From the NCBI GenBank assembly GCA_034670305.1, contig JAXMNT010000032.1, positions 1 through 64,000 on the forward strand: a stretch of DNA of 64,000 nucleotides. Reading direction: 5' to 3'. Shown here in pieces: positions 1-14,643 of the stretch; the stretch's first letter is position 1; the number at the start of each line of letters is the position of its first letter. A program made the translations under genes and the position numbers. The notes beneath the pieces were generated by a model that saw only the letters and a program-made list of their open reading frames with translations, was not told the origin of the DNA and did no database searches. Origin of the DNA: Deltaproteobacteria bacterium. GTDB taxonomy: Bacteria; Myxococcota_A; Polyangia; Polyangiales; Houyiibacteriaceae.

Positions 1-124
1 CGCGATGCTCGTCGCGCTGATCAAGCGATCTGACCGCTGATCCGCGGGCAAGGGCAAAGGCAAGGGCAGGGGCAAGGGGCAGGCTGCGAGAACGCCCTGC
101 GGGCGTTCTTCAGCAACCTGCTAG
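1..124 (+). repeat. 3' end of a four-helix-bundle-gene element: last codons ([12 protein letters not shown]), (GGGCAA)n array and terminal hairpin ending in CTAG
   Basis: Near-identical to the reverse complement of about 46145-46250; stop TGA at 38-40; hairpin GCAGGCTGC...GCAACCTGC at 79-121. Confidence 0.8.
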
Positions 125-347
125 AACCGGCCGCTCGACCCGCGCCGTCGTTCGGCCGACTTGTCCGCCTACGCGGCCTTTGTGGCCAGAAAAGCGTCCG
201 TCCAGACCTTTCGCGCCGGTCCGCAGTTGCACGCCGGACAAATTCTCGTATGACCGCGCCGCCGACGGGTCCCCCTCATTCAGGGCCAACGTCGCCCACA
301 TCGGGGCAAACCTGCCCCCACCGTCGGCAGAGCTCACAGGAATTCGA

Positions 348-2483
<2,136 letters not shown>

Positions 2484-2504
2484 CCCGAGCTTCCCTTTCG
2501 ACGG

Positions 2505-2540
2505 AGAGTCCGCGCCCAACGGCGCGGGCTCTTTTTCGTT
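2505..2540 (+). terminator. Rho-independent terminator after hppA
   Basis: GAGTCCGCGCC-caac-GGCGCGGGCTC followed by TTTTT. Confidence 0.8.
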
Positions 2541-2632
2541 TGGGATGCGACGGCCGCTCGCTCCGCTCTTGCCACGAAGTCTCTGCACACCAGGATTGTC
2601 ACGATGAACACATGGCGAACCGATGAGGGCTC

Positions 2633-3124
2633 GTGAACCGAAGCGAAACTGACTACCCTGTCCCCGTGACGGACGACACGGGGGACGAGGACATCGACGC
2701 GCTGCACAGCAAGCTGACGGCGTACATGGACAAGAACGGTCTGCGCTCGACGTCGCAGCGGCGCACTGTCACCGATGTGTTCTTCCGGGCGTCGGGCCAC
2801 CTCAGCATCGAAGACCTGCTCGCGATGGTGCGCGAGCGGGATCCGAAGATCGGCTACGCCACGGTGTACCGCACGCTCAAGCTGCTCAAGGAGTGTGGGC
2901 TGGCGTACGAACGGCACTTCGGAGATGGGGTCAGCCGGTACGAGATCGCGATCGAAGACGAACACCACGACCACCTGATCTGCCTCGACTGCGGCAAGAT
3001 CGTGGAGTTCGAGAACGACGAGATCGAGCGGCTTCAAGAGGTGCTGGCCAAGAAGCAGGGCTTCGTCCTCAAGCGGCACGTGCACGAGCTCTACGGCGTG
3101 TGCAGCGATTGCCGCAAGACGTGA
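2633..3124 (+). CDS. fur: Fur-family transcriptional regulator
   Basis: [25 protein letters not shown]-terminal CxxC; metal specificity and exact start uncertain. Confidence 0.88.
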   Translation: MNRSETDYPVPVTDDTGDEDIDALHSKLTAYMDKNGLRSTSQRRTVTDVFFRASGHLSIEDLLAMVRERDPKIGYATVYRTLKLLKECGLAYERHFGDGVSRYEIAIEDEHHDHLICLDCGKIVEFENDEIERLQEVLAKKQGFVLKRHVHELYGVCSDCRKT

Positions 3125-3206
3125 ACTGAGTCTCTGGGACCACCTGTCGACACGTTCTGACAGGTTCACTCCGAAGCGGAGATGGTCGGTCGCGTTTGCG
3201 GCCGGC

Positions 3207-3824
3207 CTACTTCACCACCCGGTAGTAGCCGAGTTCGTCTTGCCAGTACTCCCCGTTGAACTGCCACTCACCGTCCCACTCCTCGTCCGGTCCAGCCTGC
3301 TCGACGGCCTCGAGCACCGGCCGCCACCCGGACGGTAGCCCCCCGTGGCAGTGCACGAGGCGTGAGGTCTCCCCGTCGTCGACGTGCACGTTCCATCGCG
3401 GTCCGGCGGCCACATCCAAGCACGACGTCCACCCACGCCAGCGCCGTTCGAGAAGGACCCTCCACGCGGTCGCGGCGGCCTCCCGGTCGATGGTCTCCGT
3501 GTCCGCGTACCCCTCGTGGTCTGGTTCGCCGTCGACGGTCGCCGCAGACTCATAGACATGAACCTCTGCGCTGCCATCGCGCGCGCAGTCCATGCGCACC
3601 GTCTTGATGCTTCCGTTTTCACGCCGCTCGACGAACTCGGCGAACGCAAACGCGGGGCACCGAACCTCGTACGCCGCGACCTGCGGGCTGGTCTGAGCGG
3701 CCTCGATGGGAGGCTCAGCGGTGACTCCCGTGGTGGCGCAACCCAGGAATGTGCCCATGAGCGCGCACCACAGAACGGGGATTGCGCTGGAGCGTACGTA
3801 CACATCCCCGCTTTTGAACGTCAT
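3207..3824 (-). CDS. Hypothetical lipoprotein
   Basis: ORF with hydrophobic stretch and FLGC lipobox-like motif; follows the upstream gene on the same strand; start uncertain. Confidence 0.6.
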   Translation of the reverse strand: MTFKSGDVYVRSSAIPVLWCALMGTFLGCATTGVTAEPPIEAAQTSPQVAAYEVRCPAFAFAEFVERRENGSIKTVRMDCARDGSAEVHVYESAATVDGEPDHEGYADTETIDREAAATAWRVLLERRWRGWTSCLDVAAGPRWNVHVDDGETSRLVHCHGGLPSGWRPVLEAVEQAGPDEEWDGEWQFNGEYWQDELGYYRVVK

Positions 3825-3864
3825 GCCCCAAGCATACGCGCTGGCGTGCATTCCAGTTCCCCGG

Positions 3865-5478
3865 CTACTCGACCTCGACCGCACCGATGTCGGGCGTGGT
3901 CCGCGTGCGTCCCATGATGTCGTCGACCGACATGCGCTCGGGCGACGCGGCGTCGATCGCCGCGCTGCCCTCGCCTGGCGTGCCGTAGGTCACAAGGCGC
4001 GCGAAAGCTTCGCACACGTTGGCGCTGCCATCCGCGAACGCAGTGCCGTTCCAATGGGGACGCACCAGGCCCGCCAAGTCGGGCACGTTCGGATCTTCGG
4101 TGACTCCGTCCGGGTCGTCGCTCGGGTTGAACGCTTCGGCGCCATCGTTCGGAATGGCGCTCCCGCCGTTCCAGTAGAGGTTGTGGCTGAGCTGGGTACC
4201 GGTCACGTCGCCGGGCGCGGCGTCCGCGAAGTCCGCGGCGTCGCTTCCGTCGAGTGCGCCGAGGCTGCCCGAATCGTCCGCCCAGAGGTTGTTGTACAGC
4301 TCGATGCCTGTGAGTACCGGGTTGTCGCCCTCGCGGTTGAAACGCATCAGCGCGCGGGCAGGCAGGTCGCCGACGGTGGTGTTGTGTCGGAAGACGACGT
4401 TGCGGCAGCCCTTGATGCCGAAGGGTGCGCGCATCACGAGCGGTGAGTCACCGAGGAAGAGGTTGTTCTCGACAAGCGCCCCATCGACTTCGTGAAACGA
4501 CTGCCCGTCCTCGCCGAGCAACAGAAACCCGGTGCCCGAATCGCCCTGCCAATGCAGGAACACGTTGCGGCGGATCGTGATGTCACGGGAGCCGGTGTAG
4601 ATGTCACCGTCGGCGTTGCTGTCCTTCACCACGATGTGGCTCGAGGTCTCGCCCATGTTGGTGCGGCCGCTCGCTTCGAAGTCGTTCAGGAAGATGTTGT
4701 CCTGGATGACGACCCGCTCGGCGCTGTTCAGGTCGATGTGTTCGTCGGAGCCGGTCTGGTTGAAGAAGAGGTTCCGCTCGACCAGCACATCGGCGATGCC
4801 GTTGTTGATCTTCAAGACGTCGTTGTTGAACGAGTCGTGCAGCACGTTGTTGCGGATCGTGATTCGGCTGACTTGGTTGTTGCCGCCGCCATCGAGGTGC
4901 ACAACCAGCGCGCCGGCGCCAGCACCACTGTGCGCGATGTCGAAGCCTTCGAGCGTGATGCCCTCACACCCGGCCCCGGCTTCGTAGAACGTCATCACGG
5001 TGTCGTCGTTCCGAAGCTGCGCCATGTACGGCACCTCCGATCGCACCGTCACACCTTCGGCGAACGTGCCCCGCATCCGGATCCGCCCCGTGTACGTGCC
5101 TGGCCGCACGAGGATGGTCGCGCCATCGGCTGCGGCATCGAGCGCCGCAGTGATCGTCGCGAACGGCGCACCCATCGACCCGTCGCCCGAGCCGTCGTCT
5201 CCATCGGTGGCCACGTACAGGACCGCGCCCGCGGGCGGCTCGTAATCGCATGCGGTCGGCATGGGCGGTGGTCCGCCGTCCCGAGGCCCGGTGTCCGTCC
5301 CAGGCGCATCGACACCCGGGGCATCGACACCCGGTGCGTCGACGCCCGGTGCGTCGACACCCGCCGCATCCACACCCGCTGCATCGACCCCGCCGTCGTC
5401 GTCCGAGCCACAGCCCGCGCCGCCAACCACGCCCCAACCCAGTGCCACCAAGAGCACGCCCCACACACTTCGGTTCAT
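3865..5478 (-). CDS. Secreted lipoprotein with right-handed parallel beta-helix domain
   Basis: Signal peptide with GAGC, GVDAP linker, YVATDGDD...GSMGAPFATITAA, ILVRPGTY, repeated IxxNxF beta-helix turns. Confidence 0.8.
   Translation of the reverse strand: MNRSVWGVLLVALGWGVVGGAGCGSDDDGGVDAAGVDAAGVDAPGVDAPGVDAPGVDAPGTDTGPRDGGPPPMPTACDYEPPAGAVLYVATDGDDGSGDGSMGAPFATITAALDAAADGATILVRPGTYTGRIRMRGTFAEGVTVRSEVPYMAQLRNDDTVMTFYEAGAGCEGITLEGFDIAHSGAGAGALVVHLDGGGNNQVSRITIRNNVLHDSFNNDVLKINNGIADVLVERNLFFNQTGSDEHIDLNSAERVVIQDNIFLNDFEASGRTNMGETSSHIVVKDSNADGDIYTGSRDITIRRNVFLHWQGDSGTGFLLLGEDGQSFHEVDGALVENNLFLGDSPLVMRAPFGIKGCRNVVFRHNTTVGDLPARALMRFNREGDNPVLTGIELYNNLWADDSGSLGALDGSDAADFADAAPGDVTGTQLSHNLYWNGGSAIPNDGAEAFNPSDDPDGVTEDPNVPDLAGLVRPHWNGTAFADGSANVCEAFARLVTYGTPGEGSAAIDAASPERMSVDDIMGRTRTTPDIGAVEVE
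5303..5392 (-). repeat. Six coding 15-bp tandem repeats (GVDAA/GVDAP linker)
   Basis: Units such as GGTGCGTCGACACCC read directly. Confidence 0.85.
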
Positions 5479-5487
5479 GGCCGAATG

Positions 5488-7029
5488 CTACATGCAGCCC
5501 CGGCTCATCACGAGCGCCGCGGCCACGCAGAAGGCCGCCACCACGAACGCGCCGCCACCCCACACCTCATACGGTGGGCGCTCCTCGGCGCGCTCGCCTG
5601 ACTCGCCCGTCTCGACATCCGCCAACGCCAGGATCTCCTTGGCCTGTCCGACCGCGCGCAGTCCTCGCCGCACCACGACCGCCGCGACGAAGAACCCGGC
5701 GAGTACGATGAGCGCTGCCGCCAGCCAGCGCTTCCACGTGCGGGTGTCGTGCAGGCCCATGTTCCACTGCGCTGCGCCGCTCGACGCGCCCGGCGTCTGA
5801 AGCAATTCGAGCTCCGGCGCGGTCAGCAGGAACTGCGCGATGCGCGTGTCGCTGCAGTGGATGCCTTCGCAGCGAAGCGGACGGCCGGCGCGGATCTGAG
5901 CGGCGAGGGGATCGTCCCACGCCGACTGCTCGGGACGTTCCGCCAACGCCCGGACCGTTCCGACGAAGTACACCCGCGTGGCCGCGCGGGTGCTGGCGAA
6001 GGGATCGGTGCGCGCTTGCACCCGCCAGAGCCCGGGCTCCGACAGGGCCATGCCGGCCTCGACCGCCCCCGCAGGGTGCGACTCGGTGCGGACCCACCGC
6101 TCTTCGTGAAAGACGTCGAAGACGACCGGTCGGTCGTCGAGGGTCTGCACATCGAGCGCGACCCGCTCGCCGGGCGCGGTGAGGCGGTCGACGCGTGGTC
6201 CCGTCAACGCCGGCGCGCCTGGTCCCATCGGAAGCCGCACCCGCCGCTGGCCCACTTCGACACCGGCCCGCAGCGCGGTGACCGTCGTCGTGGCTTCGTG
6301 TCCGCGGCCCTGAACCCGGCACCGCACGATGCCGATCGTCTCGACCTGACCGTTGCATTCTGGCGTGCCGATCGGATCGGCGGAGAGCGTGTCGTCGAGC
6401 CGGATCGCGGCTGCGGGCGAGCCCACCCACACGAGCAGTTCGCATGGACCAGGTGCGCCGCAGTCTCCGCCGACGACCCGCGCGTCGAGCTGGTCGGGCG
6501 GCGCGTCGCCCCGAACAGGAAACAGTGTCCACTGTTGAAGTTCGGTTTGCAGCCGCCCGATCTTCTCGAGTGGGGGCGGCGACGATTGCACCCGCACCAG
6601 GCGCGACACCCGCGGCGCATCTGGGTCGGCCCGATCGCCGGCGATCGCGAAGAGGCGGTACTGGCCGGTCGCAGTGGGCGCGGTGAGCCCGCCTTCGGCG
6701 CCCAACACCGCCGACGATGCGAGATCGGTCTGCGCGATCGCGGGCGCCGAGACCTCGTCTCCCTCAACCGGCTGCAGTTCCACGCGCACCTCTGCCGGAC
6801 GCACCACCGGAGACGCGCCGTGGAGATCGTAGAGCACCGCGCGGATCGGAATGGGCGCGCCTGGAGCCACCGCGTTGGGCGCGAAGATCTGCAGGTCGAG
6901 GCGCGCGGTGCCGCGCTCGCCCACGAGGACGGCGATGAAGACCAGGCCCACGGCCGCCGGGAGCAGCACGGTGGCGATCCAGTCCCGCCCTTTGGGGCTG
7001 GCGCTCACGCGGTCGGGCGGGTCGGTCAC
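5488..7029 (-). CDS. Hypothetical membrane-anchored protein
   Basis: Long ORF with an N-terminal TM helix and two C-terminal TM helices; GTG start inferred. Confidence 0.65.
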   Translation of the reverse strand: MTDPPDRVSASPKGRDWIATVLLPAAVGLVFIAVLVGERGTARLDLQIFAPNAVAPGAPIPIRAVLYDLHGASPVVRPAEVRVELQPVEGDEVSAPAIAQTDLASSAVLGAEGGLTAPTATGQYRLFAIAGDRADPDAPRVSRLVRVQSSPPPLEKIGRLQTELQQWTLFPVRGDAPPDQLDARVVGGDCGAPGPCELLVWVGSPAAAIRLDDTLSADPIGTPECNGQVETIGIVRCRVQGRGHEATTTVTALRAGVEVGQRRVRLPMGPGAPALTGPRVDRLTAPGERVALDVQTLDDRPVVFDVFHEERWVRTESHPAGAVEAGMALSEPGLWRVQARTDPFASTRAATRVYFVGTVRALAERPEQSAWDDPLAAQIRAGRPLRCEGIHCSDTRIAQFLLTAPELELLQTPGASSGAAQWNMGLHDTRTWKRWLAAALIVLAGFFVAAVVVRRGLRAVGQAKEILALADVETGESGERAEERPPYEVWGGGAFVVAAFCVAAALVMSRGCM

Positions 7030-7291
7030 GGAGGAAGTGTACGCAAGGTTCGGAAGGGCACGTGGGGTTCCGACACGTGTTGAAGCGTGCGGTTCCACCG
7101 CCCGCGATCGCACGGCGTCGATCGGGGCGGCGGAACCGCGGATCGGAGAGGGCTCCCGTTGCGGAGGTGCATCCCCCCGCTTATGGTGCCGCCTCAGCCA
7201 CTTCCTCCAGATGGAGGAGAACTGTGTCCTTTCGCGAGGTTAGACCCGCGAGCGACACCCGCCTTACCAGGCAACCCAGGGAATTGACTGC

Positions 7292-10453
<3,162 letters not shown>

Positions 10454-10458
10454 AGCCC

Positions 10459-11664
10459 ATGGTTCAACCGCTCTACGCGCCGGTCCCCGGGTTTCGATTC
10501 TCGGGGATCGCGGCGGGCATCAAGAAGCAGAAGCCGGGCGCGAAACCGCCGCTCGACCTGGGACTCATCGTCGCCGACGCGCCGGTGTCGAGCGCCGCGG
10601 TGTTCACCACCAACCGCGTGAAGGCGGCGCCCGTGAGAATCGCCGCGTCCCGGCTGCGCAACGGCGCGTGCCAAGCCGCGCTCGTGAACAGCGGCAACGC
10701 CAACGCCGCGACCGGCGAAGTCGGACGCGACGCGGCGCGCTCGACCACCCGAGCGCTCGCGCGTTTGCTCGGCGTGCCGCGGACCGCCGTCGTGCCCGCC
10801 TCGACCGGGGTCATCGGCGTGCCCTTGCCTGCCGACCGGGTGGAGGCCGCACTGCCTGAGCTCCTGCGGCGCAGCTCGGAGAAGGGTGCGCAGCGGTTCG
10901 CCAAAGCGATCCTCACCACCGACCGCGGCACCAAGGGCGCACGCGCCACGAGCCCTGCGGGCAAGAAGACCTACTCCTTGCTGGGCATCGCCAAAGGCGC
11001 GGGCATGATCCACCCGAACATGGCGACCACCCTCGGCTTCGTGGTGACGGACGCCCCGGTCGCGCCCGCGGACCTTCGCGCAGCGCTGCGGCGTGCCGCC
11101 GAGCAGACCTTCAACCGCATCACCGTCGACGGGGACACGAGCACCAACGACATGGTGCTCGCGATGGCCTCGGGATCAGGACGCGTGCTCTCCGGCAAGG
11201 CGCTGCGCGTTTTCGAAGAACGACTCGAACACGTGCTCTGGCGGCTGGCGATGCAGATTGTGGCCGACGGAGAAGGCGCACAGCACGTCGCGAAGATCGT
11301 GGTGGAGGGTGCGGGGACCGAACGGCAGGCGCTCGCACTCGCCCGCACCATCGCCACCTCGCAGCTGGTGAAGACGGCACTGCATGGCGAGGATCCCAAC
11401 TGGGGTCGCATCCTCGGCGCAGCCGGCCGTGCGGGGGTGGCGTTCGACCCCGAACAGGCCCAGGTGCGGATCGGTGACGTGGTCGTCTACCGCGACGGAG
11501 TCACGACGATGACCCCGCGGGTGGAGAAGCGGGCCGCTTCCGTCATGCGGAAGAAGTCCTACACGATCACCCTGCGGCTGCAGTCGGGGGCCGCCCGGGC
11601 GCACTATTGGACCTGCGACCTCGGCCACGACTACGTCAGCTGCAACGCCGACTACCGGTCGTAG
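10459..11664 (+). CDS. argJ: Bifunctional glutamate N-acetyltransferase/amino-acid acetyltransferase ArgJ
   Basis: NSGNANA, KGAGMIHPNMAT, VDGDTSTND, DGEGA, DPNWGRI, NADYRS. Confidence 0.95.
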   Translation: MVQPLYAPVPGFRFSGIAAGIKKQKPGAKPPLDLGLIVADAPVSSAAVFTTNRVKAAPVRIAASRLRNGACQAALVNSGNANAATGEVGRDAARSTTRALARLLGVPRTAVVPASTGVIGVPLPADRVEAALPELLRRSSEKGAQRFAKAILTTDRGTKGARATSPAGKKTYSLLGIAKGAGMIHPNMATTLGFVVTDAPVAPADLRAALRRAAEQTFNRITVDGDTSTNDMVLAMASGSGRVLSGKALRVFEERLEHVLWRLAMQIVADGEGAQHVAKIVVEGAGTERQALALARTIATSQLVKTALHGEDPNWGRILGAAGRAGVAFDPEQAQVRIGDVVVYRDGVTTMTPRVEKRAASVMRKKSYTITLRLQSGAARAHYWTCDLGHDYVSCNADYRS

Positions 11665-11887
11665 TTCCTCGCGACCACGGGTCGCTTCGCGAGAGTGGAA
11701 GGCGCGAAGCGGGCCTGGCTCGCTTCGCGAGTGTTCAGAAGAAACGCGCAGAATCGGGCGGGTTCGGTTGCCACCATGACATCGATGTCGTGCCTTCGGG
11801 GGGGTGGCTACGCGAGAAGCCGGCCCCGAGGGACCGGCTTCGCTGATTTCTTCAATGATTTCGCCATTTGGGCTCGAGCTGTCAATG

Positions 11888-11903
11888 TGGCACTGACGTT
11901 GCT
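11888..11903 (+). promoter_or_regulatory. Sigma54 (-24/-12) promoter
   Basis: TGGCAC-TGACG-TTGCT matches the TGGCAC-N5-TTGCW consensus in an intergenic region. Confidence 0.75.
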
Positions 11904-11913
11904 TTAGAGTCCC

Positions 11914-12157
11914 CTGTCCTTGCTTGAATCTGGTTGTGACCTGCCCGGCTGCCACCAGAGACTTTGAGTCCGCTTCGCTTCGTTGGCTTTCTTCCTTATT
12001 GGTTGGCTTGTGCTTCGCTTGGATTCTTAGGCTTATTTGGGGTGTCCCTGAAGACCTCCTGAAATCATAGCCACGTCGATTGGGACTGTCCTCCCGAACC
12101 GACAAACATTCTTCGCATTTCTGACCGCCCGACGTTCGCGTCGGGCGGTTTCTTTTT
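11914..12157 (+). ncRNA. Candidate sigma54-dependent small non-coding RNA (~240 nt)
   Basis: Bounded by the sigma54 promoter and an intrinsic terminator; U-rich, lower GC than its flanks; no ATG-initiated ORF seen. Confidence 0.55.
12123..12157 (+). terminator. Rho-independent terminator
   Basis: GACCGCCCGACG-ttcg-CGTCGGGCGGTT followed by TCTTTTT. Confidence 0.85.
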
Positions 12158-12300
12158 GCTGCCGCTTCTTGAAGACGCCTGTGCCGCCCGTTTCATTCTC
12201 CTGTTGGTCGCCTGGCTGGGGCAAGCGTGACTTCTTCGACGACTCCTGCGTACGACCGGCGCCTCGGTGCGGTATAACCGTGTCCACGATGGGTAGGACG

Positions 12301-12696
12301 ATGCGCTCGACGGGGTTCTTGGGTCGTACAGCGGCACTGCTGCTGGCGGTGGCGGCGATGGGGTGCGCCCAGCTGAGCGAAGACATGCGCCTGGCGGAGG
12401 TCGAGTACGAGACCGCCCGCTACGAGAACGCGCTCGTCTGGCTCGACGACGTGGAAGATCAGACCCCCGACATGGATGTCGCGACTCGGGCCCGGTACTT
12501 CTACTTGCGGGGCATGACCTCCTTGCGCCTCAACCAACGCACCGAGGCGTTGCATTACCTCGCGCTCGCGCGCGAAGTCGGCGGGGACCAGGGCACCGGT
12601 CTCAAGCCGGAGTGGCGCACGACGCTCGCGAGCAGCCTCGAAGAGCTCACGCCCGTCGGACAGACCCACCGGGCCCGCTCCGCCCCCGAGGAGTAG
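12301..12696 (+). CDS. Small TPR-like lipoprotein
   Basis: Signal peptide with AMGC; YFYLRGMTSLRL...EALHYLALA helical pattern. Confidence 0.7.
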   Translation: MRSTGFLGRTAALLLAVAAMGCAQLSEDMRLAEVEYETARYENALVWLDDVEDQTPDMDVATRARYFYLRGMTSLRLNQRTEALHYLALAREVGGDQGTGLKPEWRTTLASSLEELTPVGQTHRARSAPEE

Positions 12697-12724
12697 GCGC
12701 TGGCCCGCCGCAGCCTCTGAGCGA

Positions 12725-14551
12725 CTACTCGGAGCGGAGCGCGACCTGGCGGCCGACGACGAGGCAGACGCCGGCCAAGACGGCGAGGGCCGGGCCGACC
12801 CACATGGCCGAGGTGGCGACCGGGGCGACCGCTTCGAACAAGAGCACGCCGGCGGCCCCGAAGCTCGTGCCCGCAAGGAGCGCGCGTCCGCGCTTCGCGC
12901 CGTAGAAGACGGCGACGAGACCGAGCGGGAGCGCGGCGATGAGGGCGACACCCAAGCCGCCGAAAGAGAGCAGGCCGGCGGTGCCGGTCGCGGCTGCGGT
13001 CCAGGACCCGCCGAAGCCGAACACGCCGAGTCCGCCGCCGGTCAGGAACGCCGCACCGAGCGTGGCGGCGATGCCGACACCGAGTTTGCGGCGGCGGCGC
13101 AGCCCGAGGAGCAAGAGGCCACCGAAGACCGCAGCGGTCGTGCCGCGGCCGGCGCCGAGATCCCGAGTGCCCGCGCGCAGCGCGTTGTTGGCCTGGACGA
13201 GACCCGCGCCGTAGCGACGCCGGTCGGACTTCGACTTCGCGGACTGCTGAATGAGGCGTTCCACCGCGGTCGGGTCACGGACCCCGCTCGCCTTGAGCAG
13301 CGCGGCGACACCGGCGACGTGGGGGGCGGCCATCGAGGTGCCCTGAAAGCCCAGGTAGTCGTGCCGCATGGGGTTGCCGCGAAGGATGGTGTTTTGGAGC
13401 ACGCCGTCCGGCATGCCGTCTCGGTTCTGGTCGACTCGGAGATCACCGCCGGGGGCGACGATGTCGAGGTGGCGGCCGTAGCTCGAGTAAAAGCTCAGCG
13501 TCTCGTCGTAGCGGACCGCGCCGACCGCGAAGGCGAAGCGGTTGGCCGCGGGGTACTGCACGCGGCCACGGCCGGTGTTGCCTGCCGCGACGACCACGAC
13601 CACGCCCTTGCGGTGCGCGTAGATGATGGCGGTCGCGATGGCCTGGGACGGGGTGCCGCCACCGAGCGAGAGGTTCATGACGTCCGCGCCGTGGTCGGCT
13701 GCCCAGCGGATGCCCGCCGCGACGCTGCCCCAGCTGCCGGCGCCGCGCGCGTCGAGCACGCGGATGGGCATGATGGCGGCTTGGGGGGCCACGCCGGCCA
13801 CGCCGACGCCGTTGTTGGTGGACTGCGCGACGGTGCCCGCGACATGGGTGCCGTGGCCGTGTTCGTCGTCCGGGGTCGCGTCGTTCTCTACGAAGTCGCG
13901 GCCTGCGACAAAGCGGGTCTGTTTCAGGTCCGGGGCGGTGCGGAAGCGCGAACCGAGGTCTCGGTACGAGACGCCGGTGTCGATGACGGCCACCACCACG
14001 CCCTGGCCACGCGAACGCTGCCACGCGGCGGGCATCTGAATCTGGTCGAGGTGCCACTGGTGTTTGTAGAACGGGTCGTTCGGGCGAAAACCGCCGCGCG
14101 CGTCTTCGATGTCGTCGTCGTCGAGCGGGATGAACTCACTCGCGAGCGCGTCTTCCGGCAACGTCCAGATGCGTTCGCGTTCGATCGACTCCACGTCCTC
14201 GTTCGCACGGAGCGCGGCGAAGACGTCTGCGACTTCGCTCGCGGGCGCGTGCAGACGCAGGAGCTGCGCGTCCGCGCTGAGCACGTCTCCAAGCGCCGCG
14301 TCGCCTTCCGGCCAGTCGTATGGGGCGATGGCGCCCACCACCAACGCTTCGAGGGCATCCCGCTCGGAGTCGGAGATGTCGTCGTCCAGGTCGATCAGGA
14401 TCGCCCCGGTCGCGGGATCTAGGTCTGCGGTGGCGGCCGCGGTCGGGACCGGCTCGGCGTCCTCGGGGGCTCGGACATGGAGGGAATAACCAGCCGCGGT
14501 CACGAGACCGGTGGCGACGAGGAGCACGGAGCGCAGGCGCATGAACTCCAC
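12725..14551 (-). CDS. S8 (subtilisin-like) serine peptidase with C-terminal membrane helices
   Basis: Catalytic triad motifs VAVIDTG, HGTHVAG, GTSMAAPHVAG; oxyanion AAGN. Confidence 0.92.
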   Translation of the reverse strand: MEFMRLRSVLLVATGLVTAAGYSLHVRAPEDAEPVPTAAATADLDPATGAILIDLDDDISDSERDALEALVVGAIAPYDWPEGDAALGDVLSADAQLLRLHAPASEVADVFAALRANEDVESIERERIWTLPEDALASEFIPLDDDDIEDARGGFRPNDPFYKHQWHLDQIQMPAAWQRSRGQGVVVAVIDTGVSYRDLGSRFRTAPDLKQTRFVAGRDFVENDATPDDEHGHGTHVAGTVAQSTNNGVGVAGVAPQAAIMPIRVLDARGAGSWGSVAAGIRWAADHGADVMNLSLGGGTPSQAIATAIIYAHRKGVVVVVAAGNTGRGRVQYPAANRFAFAVGAVRYDETLSFYSSYGRHLDIVAPGGDLRVDQNRDGMPDGVLQNTILRGNPMRHDYLGFQGTSMAAPHVAGVAALLKASGVRDPTAVERLIQQSAKSKSDRRRYGAGLVQANNALRAGTRDLGAGRGTTAAVFGGLLLLGLRRRRKLGVGIAATLGAAFLTGGGLGVFGFGGSWTAAATGTAGLLSFGGLGVALIAALPLGLVAVFYGAKRGRALLAGTSFGAAGVLLFEAVAPVATSAMWVGPALAVLAGVCLVVGRQVALRSE

Positions 14552-14643
14552 TGTAGGGCTCCGGACGGGCCCTGCAAAGGTTCGGGGATCGGCGCGGCGT
14601 ACAAACCATTGAAAAACTCAGGCGGGGGGCGGAGCATGCGGGC

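Noticed and set aside
11905-12157. Identification as 6S RNA, Pxr, tmRNA or SRP RNA
   Set aside because: No convincing end-to-end pairing or signature sequence was visible by eye, and the context does not match; left unnamed.
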